A stretch of DNA of 55,873 nt, counting the filler, from Jimgerdemannia flammicorona (Eukaryota), in assembly GCA_003990765.1 (NCBI GenBank). It is 3 parts of 3 records of this genome, joined end to end, with 100 filler letters (N's around TTAATTAATTAA, not from the genome) between each part and the next. Parts side by side here need not be neighbours in the genome. Positions count along the whole stretch, not along the records: positions 18,661 to 37,219 come from RBNJ01002180.1; positions 37,320 to 55,873 come from RBNJ01002181.1; 1 more part is not named here. One strand, 5' to 3'. Below are positions 27,401 to 38,443 of this stretch, one piece after another. The first letter of the stretch is position 1, and the number at the start of each line of letters is the position of its first letter. The position numbers and the translations under genes are program-made. The notes below the pieces were generated by a model. It saw only the letters and a program-made list of their open reading frames with translations, searched no databases and was not told the origin of the DNA.

Positions 27401-27708
27401 TGCTTTTGGACATTCTGAATAGCTGGTGACAGAGGTGGAGACCTAGTGGAGGTAAACAATAGAGATTAGTAGAGTGTATATGCAGGAAAAGTGGAGGGTG
27501 GGTCTGGGTGGTGGGTGACTGAGTCATCTTCCAATGGCAAGGGGTGAAGGGGGGTGAGGGAGACCTGAAGGGTATTGGGTGAGGGGATGGGGGTCATATT
27601 GTATTATTAATATAAATTGTGGTAATAAAAGGAAGTCCAAGTAACTATAAAAAAAAAAAAAAAAAACAAAAAACAAAGATATAGATAATGGTTCAAGCAG
27701 TTATAACA
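21479..27708. repeat. Probable ~430-bp LTR (TGTAACA...TATAACA) split by the LINE; occupies 21479-21891 and 27689-27708
   Basis: TG...CA termini once the LINE and one TSD copy are removed; CpG-free. No matching TSD or partner LTR found. Confidence 0.45.
21892..27672 (+). mobile_element. Apparently full-length, degenerate L1/Tx1-like non-LTR retrotransposon (ORF1 ~21971-23885; ORF2 APE-RT ~23918-27580)
   Basis: APE motifs FSLNVNGL, GGDFNIV, SRIDWIL, SDH; RT motifs EQRGF, FLDQEKVYDRV, VLQGDPLSPILY, FADNMVV. AATAAA at ~27624 and A-rich tail. 16-bp TSD ACAAAGATATAGATAA at 21876-21891 and 27673-27688. Confidence 0.94.
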
Positions 27709-27790
27709 TGCCACTGAGATCAAGGTTGGTCAGCACCATGTTCTGCTTGAAAGACTCAGCAAGTGCGCGTGCACCCTCAGTATAAACCCT
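27709..27790 (-). pseudogene. Single ribonuclease-inhibitor-like leucine-rich-repeat exon, truncated by an insertion
   Basis: Minus strand reads RVYTEGARALAESFKQNMVLTNLDLSG, matching the RI-like LRR consensus EGAxALAxxLxxNxxLxxLDL. Confidence 0.7.
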
Positions 27791-28097
27791 TCTACCTTCA
27801 CATAGACGAAAACTAAGTGTAAGCTAAGAGTTTTTGGTGCACAATATAGAAATGTAACTTCATCTCATTTCAGGACTATCAGTTTATTATATGATTCAAA
27901 AAAAGCGGGCCAACAAGAAAAGATGTCTCTAATGAAGTGCAAAGTTTATCACTACCGCACCTAAAGAAAACGGTAATTCTGGAGAGAGAGAGAAAAATTG
28001 GCCACGTGATTCCAACCACAAAAAGTAAAAGACTAAGCCTCTGTTATTACACAAACGTCACTAAGTCGCGAGATAGACTTCAGGGTACAGTGAGAAG

Positions 28098-28355
28098 GTG
28101 GAGTGTAAGGTTGTACCAGACGTGATCGTCCCCGACGTCATCTACACGGCTTCGAAAAGGAAGGTTGCTGAGCATGGCGGATTTAACGAGTACGGTTTTC
28201 ACGTTCCCATTATTGTGTTCAACCTGCCCCTTCAACACCAAGGGTTCTGTCCACCACGCAGATCGCTCCATCCATCCTCGCGCCCTTGGTTTGAAACCAC
28301 GTGAGTCGGAGGCGTCGTCATCGAAGGCACTGCGCCTCTTCCTCAATTGTTTTAG
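28098..28355 (+). pseudogene. C-terminal fragment of a type I phosphodiesterase/nucleotide pyrophosphatase (alkaline phosphatase superfamily), frameshifted
   Basis: VPDVIV...VIYTASKRKVAEHGGF...HVPIIVFN, then across frameshifts STTQIAPSIL / ALGLKP / VVIEGTAPLPQLF*. Recognised from family motif memory. Confidence 0.7.
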
Positions 28356-29579
28356 AAAATATTATTGAGTGACGCACGATTTTCTAGTATGCAAAAACCA
28401 TTTCAATACGGATAGCAGTTGAATAAAATTCGTTCTGCTGTAATCAGTATCGAGGTTTTGGTGTAGTCTAATAAATTTGTCATTTTTTGGCGACAGTTCA
28501 ACCTATTTTTCTCGTGAATATCGTGACACGTCATTTATGTGCGGGATGTGTTCAAATTCCAGGGTTTTGTATAACAACGAAAATTCCTATCATGACCCAC
28601 CCTTCCCCCTTGGCTCGCAATAATTTTTTTATTAGTGTAGATGTCTCCAATTAGTAACTATTTTGTTTCTCCACCGCCGTTCATCTAAAGAATGACAGTT
28701 CATCGCTATCATTCATATATTTGCCATACTGCAGGATTCTACAATGCCCGAAACAGAAGCACACACGCATGTTCGCGAAAAGCGCGGATAAAGTTTGTTT
28801 TCTTATTCTTTTTATATCCTGCATGAGTTGTTCGAAAGTAAATATAAACGTCCCTCATTTCCCTCGGGCGGCCCCGCACGAACTGAAGTACATTATGCAG
28901 ATTTTAGGTTGGGTATTTTGAGATGATCCTTGCAATACATGATGGCGTAGGACCGAGAGTCCGTTCGGACGATATGCGTCCATGCAAAGGGAATGAAAAT
29001 GAATAAAGCAGTATCCAGTGATGTTCATGCAACCCCAACCAATCAAACGACCTTCCTCCCAAATCCACCTTCTCCTCACTCGCTTGCCCTCCTGACGGTA
29101 TCTCGTCGGGGTCGCTGATGAATATGGGTGAACGAATGTTACTGGGGGGCCCGCCCTCGCCACTCGCACGCCTCGGCGGAGCCAATAGCCTATGGCAGTA
29201 CCACCTGAATCCCCCACCTCCACCTACCACCCGAACCTCCACCCGAACCCTCTCCACTCCTCTACCTGAATCCCCACATCTATTACTGGAACCCCCACCT
29301 CCACGACCTCCACCCGAACCCTCCACACCCTCTACACCCCCCTCCACGCCCTTCACACGAACCCCCACCTCCTCACCCTCCACACCCCGCCCCACATCTC
29401 CATCAACTTACCGATGACAGCATCAGTCTCCTCCTCAGATAGAGCACCCTGAGTCATAGTCGCCGAACTGCTGCAAAGATTGGCAAGGTGCAAGGGATTG
29501 GTCTTGGAGATCGCATGAAAGTTAGAAGGGTGGACCCGCAGGGTCGTGCTGGGGGGGGGGCAATTTTCGGCGATTTGGA

Positions 29580-29706
29580 GAGGTAGAAGGCCTGAAGAAG
29601 TCGGGATGTATGCGTGAGAATCACGACAAAACAAATATAAATCGATGATGGACCAAAATTGTAGCCTACTCACCCAGTTCACGAAGTAAGCGGTGGTGTA
29701 TGACAT
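29580..29706 (-). pseudogene. Possible GH18 chitinase N-terminal remnant
   Basis: MSYTTAYFVNW, a GTGAGT...CAG intron, then AFY. Resembles the AYFVNWAIY start of fungal chitinases. No downstream domain seen. Confidence 0.35.
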
Positions 29707-30333
29707 GCCGCAGCATTTCTGTCGTTGTCATGGGGGTTCTGCCTGCAACGTGGTCGTCAATGCTGATGCTGACATGTCCGATGAAAATGTCTGTGTTCGG
29801 GGTGGTTGAAAGCTGCAAAATCACCCATTTGCCGAAGGATCGCTTTGATTGTCGGTTGATAAGTAGTGCGAGATAAAAGGAGTTAGCGGGCTGATGATGT
29901 GCTCCCGACCCTTGCCAAAACTCCTTCCATGTGCATCTGAAACAAACAGACATACCCACACTCCTCCCACCTGCAACCTACATACCTCAACCCCAAAGAC
30001 ATGGCCGAAGGTCCAGCAACAGAGGGCAGCAGCCGAATAGAGGATGTATTGTGACATCCAGGCTGATGAAGCCATGGTTGGACCAGGCATAGCAGATCTC
30101 GTCTCTGGTGAGTGGAATGAGCATGAACGTACCGCTTTCTGCTTCGCGCGGGGGCTTAGAGTTCTTGGATCGGTTTTCTTCCTCAAATAACAGTCATCCT
30201 TTGACACCCTTTCTGGGCCACCAGAATTATGACTCGGGACCGTCGTACCCTAATGTTTTTGTTGCCATATCCGTACTCAAGGAATTGCCATATCGGTACT
30301 TTTTGCGTCCATCACTCTTCAGCGCATATAAGA

Positions 30334-33300
30334 ATGGCCGGCAACCGCCGAAAGCTCGCCATTACCGTTGAGATCGCAAATGATCTCGTTTGTCCAGGTA
30401 CTTTATTTTTTTCCAAGCCTGTTCCTGTGAACTATCACCTGAATCTAAAGAGCATAATTTCAGAATACTGGCGTCGACCTTATACAAGTTGGGGCAATGT
30501 TAACCATTGGGATGAGGTCTACCAAAGTCATAACACGTCGGCAACAACAGCATCTTCCAGAGATGCGCTTTCGAAGGACTTAAGAGTTCTTATTAAAGCC
30601 CTCCCAGAAAAATCACAAGCCGCCAAGAAGGCTAATACATTCTTAAAGGTTGGTTATTTTCTTTGAAAAATTTGCTCTGTCATTAGCGAAGGACTACACC
30701 CTGCCTTGATCATCAACCGACCTGTTGCAGAAGGTGGCATTCAACAGCTGCTTGCTGGGGTTTGCACGATTTTCCCTGCTTGGGAAAGTCACACCCTGCC
30801 GTGATCATCGAACGACCTGTGAGAAAGGGTATTCAACAGCTGCTTGCTGGAGTTTGCGCAATTTTCCCTGCTAGGGAAAGTCTCCCTGTCTTGGACAACG
30901 TGCGACTGTTGTAGAAGGTAGCATTCCCCAGCTGCTTGTTGGGTTTTGCGCGATTTTCCCTGCTTGGGAAAGTCACACCCTGCCTGATCATCGGTTGACT
31001 GTGGCCTGTCGTAGAGGGTAGCATTCGCTGCTTGCTTGAGTGCGCGTTTTTCCCTGCTTGGGAAAGTCACACCCTGCCTGATCATCGGTTGACTGTGGCC
31101 TGTCGTAGAGGGTAGCATTCGCTGCTTGCTTGAGTGCGCGTTTTTCCCTGCTTGGGAAAGTCACACCTTTCATTGATGATCGAAGGACCTGGGTAGCATT
31201 CAACAGCTGCTTGCTGTAGTTTGCACAGTCTAGCCAACTTAGCATATCATGTGCTAATCCTCTACTACTTACTTAGACCACCAACAACTCCAGCCTCACA
31301 AGTCCGAATGTGACAAGCTGTGGCCGACTTATAAAAAAACCGAGGGTATTTGAGGTAAATTCTATCTCTTATTTTAGTAACTTTCTCTTACTGAGATCGC
31401 AGGACAAGGGAGAACAAAAAGGTCTGAATGATGTGAATTTAGTTTAGGAAAACTCATATAAATTTTCGTCACTTTCCTCTTTACAAATACAATAAAGGAG
31501 ACGTCACCGGTGGGTGCACTTTTTCTATTGTATGATTTTGAAATTTGTACTATCTAGATATATTCTAACTCGGTGGCGCTGTTTAGATGCACGTTAAAAG
31601 CCGTAAGAGGAAAGGAAACCAGCAAATGAAGGAGACCGAGCAGAAGGTCGAGCAGGAGACCGAGCAGGAGGCCGAGGAGAAAAAGGAAGAGGCGAACGAC
31701 ATAGAGAAAAATGTAATTGTGGAGATCGATCCCGTTTTTGCCGATATCATTCAGGCCATCAACGAAGTCCGCGCAATGGATTATGGACATCATAGGTATA
31801 TAATGGAAATGTTGATTGCTGCTTTGCTGATACTATATTTATTCTTAACCTCACCGTTCCGCAAGCCCGATGTTTTATCGGGTCATAGATTTGCGGTCTT
31901 CATTGCTTGAAGTATCTAATGTGCGCGCGGCGGACTTCGTCCAGAAAAAGTCACTGGAAGTTATAAGTATACCAGCGAAATTTGCAAAAGGAAATCAGTT
32001 CAATTCTCCCGAGCAAATAGCAAAGCTCGTCGATATTCTAATACAGGTTTGTTTTGCTTTAATAGCTTGTGCATATTATTACTGTGATAATACAGCGCGA
32101 TCAAGTGTGTTGACCCTTCGGTCCCTTGGCAGATCCCCGCGAATACGGTGGTTGAGATTTCTGGCTTGATCCGTGAGGAAGGGACGATCGGGATTCTGCG
32201 CCACCTGATGGAGAAGGTGAAGTTGGGGTATATTTTGACGCCATCACTGCCATTAGCCGAACTTTTAGAAGGAAAAAAAGTGGAGAGCGTAGCTGAAAGT
32301 CAGAACAAAATTGCGAACCAGCTGAAAGAGATTGATGGAAAGAACACTGATGTACAATGGGTCTTTCACGTAATCGACGAAATGTATGTTTCACTTTTCT
32401 TCCATTCTTTGTTCAGCTAAGAGTCATGAGTAATTTTTAAATCTTTCTACCAGAGCCCGAATAATACGATCAGACTTCCTTGTATCCAAGCTAACAGAAC
32501 GTGACGTAGATGTTCATTTCCTGAAGCCGTTCTATGGTGTGTTGTGGACGGAAGTGCATATAAATTTGTGAGTATTTAACATCTTAACGTATTATCCTGA
32601 TTACTTATAAGCTTACATTACAAACCTCGATCAGCGGTGAAGGAGAATCGCGGGCCTCGCGAAATCGGCGAGCTGGAAATGGTGGAGGTGATCACAATGA
32701 TTGGTTGTTTACTGTAAGTATTTCTTTCTTTTCTGCCATCTCTCTATAAATATACTAAATTTTATGTAAATAATTTGTTATTTAAAAAGAATTATGAAAT
32801 GGTTCCAGACAATATTCGAGGCCTTGAGCTCGGCGTGGTTGAGAATTCGGGTGTACGACACGTAGAAGGAACTGACAAGGCATTGTCTGATTGTGTTCGA
32901 GCAATCAAGACGGCCCGCGATCAATTGGCTCATATAATACGTATGGTCCAAAAAGAGTATGGATGCGATGCTCTACCAGATCTCCTTGTACGAGGCTTAA
33001 AGGCTATTTTCATCGTCGCGGAGCACGTGGTTGGGTTCCACGTCAAGGCTCATGTCGTCTATTTTCTCGGAGGAAACGTTTTCGCGGTCTCTGATCTTGG
33101 GAGTGAGAGGCTTCCGCATTCAGTGGAGACCATTCACGGAGCGCTACATATGTGTCAATTGATGATCAGAGTCAAGGTATTAAGGCTGTTGTATTGTTGT
33201 CACATATGGATTAAATAATTAAATTCGTTTCCACTCTTTCTAGAAATTAATAATTCACTCCAAGTTAATCATCAACGCCTTGCTCAAAGATGCACGGGAG

Positions 33301-33390
33301 ATGGGGAAAATCAACTCGGCTATAAATGATGTTAACAAAAAAAATCTGGGACCGATCATTTCAGAGATGAGGACGCCTAAGAAGAGGTGA
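30334..33390 (+). CDS. Multi-exon host gene, hypothetical protein with C-terminal restriction-endonuclease-like (PD-(D/E)XK-type) domain
   Basis: CpG-normal sequence with GT-AG introns (e.g. 30398-30463, 30649-31276). Exons include MAGNRRKLA..., GEGESRASRNRR...GDHNDWLF, ELGVVENSG...KALSD...KTARDQL, ending SEMRTPKKR* (33390). Exon phases are not all verified. Confidence 0.7.
30693..31230. repeat. Intronic tandem array, ~6 units of 92-94 bp
   Basis: Unit starts at ~30693, 30788, 30880, 30972, 31066 and 31160. Recurrent TTTTCCCTGCTTGGGAAAGTC. The units at 30972 and 31066 look identical. Confidence 0.9.
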
Positions 33391-33629
33391 ACATGACTAG
33401 AGGCATCCCTGTCTGTATCGGCGTCGACGCTTACTTTCTCGTGTGTGTGGGAATCTTTTCGGCTATAAGGTGGGTTTTTATTATTATCATATTTACCCAT
33501 GGATTGTAGTTGCTCTCTCGTTTTTGTTTCTTAATCTACTCAAGTGGGTATGTATACTAATTTATCTTCTATAACTCATACCAGCATTCAATGTATCTTA
33601 GCTAACATTTTGCAAATAAATATGATTTC

Positions 33630-35830
33630 TATAAAAATAAGTATGTAAGAATTTTAATTATTTGATAGTAAGTAATGTATATAATGATCTTTTGTACTGC
33701 TAATTGAGAACAAATCTCTATAGACTTTATTGTATAATTACTCTAAAACAAGAATAGAAAGAATGTAATTATTGTCTTTATAGATTATTTTAGCAAATAA
33801 GCTTACTTTATATCTATTGCTTTAACTGTAATAGTATTAGAAATTATCATATTCTTATTTGACAATATTTTTTACTATTATGGTCTTCTTAAGATTATTA
33901 TTAATAATTAAGATCTAGAATTTACCAACCATTTTTAGAAAACTCTACATGCATATCTTGGAATAAACCTTATACTATCTATAGCCTTTCACCTCAAAAC
34001 TAATGATCAAACTGAAAGAATGAACCAAACTCTAGAACAAATGCTAGAAAATTATGTTTTCTATAGACAAGATAATTGGTATAAATATCTCACCATAGTT
34101 GAGTTTACTTATAATAATAGTAAACAAGCCTCTCTTAGAATAACTCCATTCTTTACTAATATAGAATAAAATCTATACACTTTTCTGACTTTTATCAGAA
34201 CTACTAATGAATTCTCTACTATTAAAGCTATTAAAGAATTTCTACTCTAAATATATAACTTAAGCCAGATTGCAATTGAGAATTTATCTCAAGCTCAAGA
34301 GTAATAATTATAGTATATCAATCAGTACTACTGAGAAGAAACTCTTAATATTAGAGAAAAAGTTCTACTAGATATCTGAGGATACTGAGTTGATAATCTC
34401 AAGTATAGACTCTCTATAAAGCTGAATAGTAAATTCATTAGACTATTTAAAGTTATTGTATAAGTCTCTCTAACTTTCTACAAATTAGTGCTACCAGATA
34501 TCATCAAGATTCACTCTATCTTCAATGTCCAATATCTTAAGTAATATGTATAATGAAAATAATAATAAGCTATTTCTAAATTGAACTACAAAACCACCAA
34601 TATCTGTCATTATTAATGACTAGAAAGAATATAAAGTTGAACAAATCCTAAATAATATAGTTATAAGAACTATCCAGAATACTTTATCAAATAGAAAGAT
34701 TATTCAATCTATAATGTGACATGAGAACTCAAAACCAATCTCTAGAATACTACCAACTTAGTTTAAGAATATAATTCTTTAAACAACTAAAACTTGAATA
34801 CTCTAATACCTATTAGTCTCATACTATATATTACTCCTCTTGAATATTGTTAAAAGTACTCTTATTATTATTACAAATAAAATCAAAAATTCAGCAAGTT
34901 AAGACAAAAGGAAATACTAATTCTCTAGAAAATAACAAAACTGAAAGTCAGCCTATTCTCCCTATACTATTGATGGGAAATAAGATATAAATATTTAAGA
35001 AGATTCCTTAGAGAAAATTCTCCAGCAGTGAATGATATCAGAATTACTTCTAGTATATAATATTGAACATATGATCCTTTAATATATAAATTCAACATAT
35101 TAGACAACTATACTATAAGTATGCTACTTTCTAAAAAAAAAAAGATATTACTAGACTTTTGACCATTTAAATAATATAACAACACTAGACTAAATTAGAA
35201 GATCTTGATGAGAATACTAAAAGCTAAGAAGAGAAGAGTTGTAAGTATATAATCTTCAAGCTACCAAAATTATATGTTATCCTTAGAATAAATTTGGAAA
35301 TTATATACAAGATCATAAAGCTAAGTCAAACTGAAGTTACAGATCACAAAGCTAAGTCAACTCAAAGTCATAAAATATAAGACTTATAAAAATAAAATTT
35401 TACCAATCAAGACCAAAAGTATATATACTGAATATATAGATATATCAAAATAGAGAATCATAATAAACTAAATAAAAAATTACAACTCTCAAATATAAAC
35501 CAAATATAACTACTGAAATCTACAACTACATTTGTGCTGATATTTGAAATACTATTGTCAACTGAGCTACAGCTTCTCTACCCCTCATGAATATCCATAG
35601 TCTGGTACTTCTCTATTTTGTAGAAACTCAATAGAATGTTCTGAATATACTTAGTAAGATCTACTGAATCAGACAAATCTCAAGCTACTATCAGATTGAC
35701 TGTCTTCTAGAAGATATAGTTAGTCATCACTATGATATAGCTATTACTAAAATATCTCAATACTAGAAACTTATTATCTACAAATACTAAGAACTCTTTT
35801 ATATATATTACTTATTCTTTTGACTATAGA
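33630..35830 (+). mobile_element. Heavily AT-shifted family C Gypsy remnant: integrase, chromodomain, PPT and first ~590 bp of 3' LTR
   Basis: AFHLKTNDQTERMNQTLEQML and EFTYNNS (integrase); EYKVEQIL...YFIK*KDY (chromodomain). PPT aagaagagaagag then TGTAAG at 35240, homologous to 53082 onward. Confidence 0.88.
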
Positions 35831-35989
35831 TAAGATCATCTTTTAAAATCATTTAGCAGATAAATTAAAGTTTGAAGAAAATGATTTTTTGAAAAATTAT
35901 TTTTCTGTTAAAAATATATCTCAATTTGTTTAAAAATTTTTTTTTTTTTTACTAAAGATAGAATTATTATATAAAAAATTATTAGTAAT

Positions 35990-37079
35990 TTTTTTTTTAA
36001 AAAGCTATTATGATTTTAAAAGTTATAAACTTTTAAAATCTTGCCTCTAAATATAGATGCAAAACAGTCAAAGAGATATGAAGAACATACTACTATTATT
36101 ATTAGTTTTAATAGTATTTATATTATTATACTTCTCTTTATCTTAATAGTTCTTTTTATTACTTCTATATTATCAATACTTACCTCCATATTGTTGCTTA
36201 TTTTCACTACTCTCTCTATCATTCTCTCAGTAATAATAATAGTACTTCCTATATCTATATTTACTACAGTATTTATAGTAACTATTATATTTGATTAATT
36301 GACTACTCTTATATATGATTGTAATAACTATATTATATATTTCTGAGAGACCTCTTATAAGTGCTAGGACTTTATTTTCATTGCTGATACAATTCACAAA
36401 TATGCTGAGAGAATTCACTTAATTCACCAGATCATCAATATGATCAGCATACTTGTAGATACTCTCTTTGGGTTTCATTTATAGATTAAATAGCTGAGAT
36501 TTCAGATGAAATTGATTTGATATAGATGCTTACATATAATAATTATACAGAGCTTCTCACATATCATACACTATTATAGCATATATTATGAGCTTTGTTT
36601 GTGAGTTTGAAAGAGTAAAAGTAATCTCTTATAATATTTAGCAATTATTTGTAATATTGTAATTTTGAATTTATACTTGCAGTTTTGTATACTCTGCCAA
36701 GCTGTATTTATCAAGAAGATTCTATATATGGAATGCCCAAATGGTGTAATCTTTCCTGTTGAAGATTGGGATAGACCTCTTAGCTATGTTTATACTAACA
36801 ACCAAGACTATGTTTCTCATAACAGTGCCTGTCATTGCTAGAACACTTGCAATTGGCATATCTGTATTGCTAGAGTTGCTAGGCTGATCATCACTTGACA
36901 TTTTAGCATGTATTAAAGAGGTGTATTATTATAGCCACTTAGCACTAGCAGGCTCATACCCTTTGTTGTGAAAGAGGGCAATTTTATTGAACTTGTATAG
37001 GTCGCGTATACTGATGAATGAAGTAAAATTGATGGAATAGCGTAATCACGTGTAGACATATCGAGTTGCCATCCCAACA
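35990..37079 (-). mobile_element. Degenerate Ty1/Copia remnant: short LTR, PBS and gag
   Basis: LTR TGTTG...CAACA at 36964-37079 (alternative end 37114). PBS-like GGGTATGAGCC just inside. Gag peptides IPIFNRKDYTIWAFH and KVLALIRGLSEIYNIVIT. Left boundary approximate. Confidence 0.75.
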
Positions 37080-37219
37080 CTTTGAACTTTTTGAGATCAT
37101 AAGAAAACCCAACAGCGGCGATATGTATATTTCATCGTTTAACACTCAGGGAGACGCGGATAAACAAACGAGAAAAAAGTGCAACGGAGTCGAATCAAAA
37201 AAAAAAAAAAAAAAAAAAA

Positions 37220-37319
37220 NNNNNNNNNNNNNNNNNNNNNNNNNNNNNNNNNNNNNNNNNNNNTTAATTAATTAANNNNNNNNNNNNNNNNNNNNNNNNN
37301 NNNNNNNNNNNNNNNNNNN
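37220..37319. other. Artificial contig-joining spacer (N-run with TTAATTAATTAA)
   Basis: Same 100-bp linker as 18561-18660. Confidence 0.97.
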
Positions 37320-37413
37320 TGTGGGTGGGGGAGATTCAGGGAACTTCGGTGGTGGTACGTCACTTTGGGGTAGTTTCCTCTGACTGATGGTTTTTTTTCT
37401 TTGTTGTGACAAG

Positions 37414-38068
37414 ATTCTGGTCAAGTATGGTAGGACGTTTGATATCGTGAAGCCGCCGTCGCGAAGAAGTTGTTGTTTTACAAAAGGTAAGGTATATTAT
37501 GTAGCGAAACTTCAACTTTCCTCCAGTGTTACTCATGTATTACTACCACCCTCCATTCTTTTGAGCTGCCAAAACTCGTAAGCATACTTATTAGCTTTTA
37601 TTAAACCAATTGCCAGGGTATCATCACTATGTCGAGGCTACTGGGTCGATATTACAGATGGCCGAAGACCTAGACGTGAGCGCGAAACCTTGAAGACTAC
37701 TGTTGTGTCCTTGCGTTTCTCGACCTAAAAATCGATCATAACCGTTTCTGAGAACTCTCATCACCAACCAGACCGCCACAACTTTCAACATCTACGACAC
37801 CCTTCTCCAACGCCAAGCTACCACCTTCTTGGTATCCGAACCATCACCCGCCTCCTCTTCACCCCCACCACCCGAAGCCGTTGCACTTCTCCACACCCTC
37901 CGACTCCGCTATTTCACCCCTCGTGAGGTCGCAAACCTTATGGGCTTTCCGCCGGAATTCGGCTTCCCCGAATCAATTAACCTGAAACAGCGGTATCGCG
38001 TGCTTGGGAATAGCATTAGCGTGAGGGTCGTAGCAGAGTTGATGCGATATTTAATAAAGGAGGAATGA
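37414..38068 (+). CDS. TRDMT1: tRNA (cytosine-38-C5) methyltransferase DNMT2, last three exons (37414-37486, 37617-37675, 37772-38068); 5' part outside the contig
   Basis: Spliced in frame: [29 protein letters not shown] (DNMT2-specific CFTxxY motif) and [16 protein letters not shown]...QRYRVLGNS (motifs IX-X). Canonical splice sites. Confidence 0.93.
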
Positions 38069-38197
38069 GGATGGATGGGTAAACATAGTAATTGTTAGGC
38101 ATTTGCACGAATGTATGTCATCTCTGTTTGTATTGTAGATGCTTCTATATACTAATGCACATATTTACACCTACATTTAAATGAAATTTTATAGTAG

Positions 38198-38443
38198 TGT
38201 AACGTGCCGGCTCAATGGAGGCAAATTACAAGGTTGGGGCAGCTAGTAGATTGGCTTGAGCCCCCAGTTACTTTGATGATTTTGGCAATTTCCAATTCAG
38301 CAGACTTCTCTAAATGGTGCAGATTCTGTGTGATGATAAATTCAGCAGATGGGCAATTCTTCTGGCTTTGTCTGGCAAGCATACCAAAATTGGATCTGAT
38401 AAGTATATCAAAATTGGATCTTCAGGCTTAGTTTGATAAATAT
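38198..38443 (-). repeat. End of a family-B-related LTR (B0), cut by insertion of B2
   Basis: TGTAACGTGCCGGCTCAATGGAGGCAAATTAC...GGCTTGAGCCCCCAGTTAC matches 48527-48600. Confidence 0.8.

Noticed and set aside
28855..29480. Pro-rich and Gly/Val-rich ORFs on both strands
   Set aside because: Low-complexity CCACC/CCTCC repeats with no recognisable domain.
30693..31230. CRISPR-like appearance (palindromic repeat at regular spacing) and ORFs 30789-31245 on the minus strand
   Set aside because: Sequences between the hairpins are homologous rather than unique spacers, there are no cas genes, and the context is a eukaryotic intron. The ORFs are translations of the repeat.
36041..36298. Hydrophobic 85-aa ORF resembling a membrane protein
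   Set aside because: It is the antisense reading of an AT-shifted Copia gag remnant.
37414..38068. Methyltransferase as the cause of the repeat hypermutation
   Set aside because: The CFTxxY motif identifies DNMT2, principally a tRNA methyltransferase, not a RID/DIM-2/DNMT1-type enzyme.
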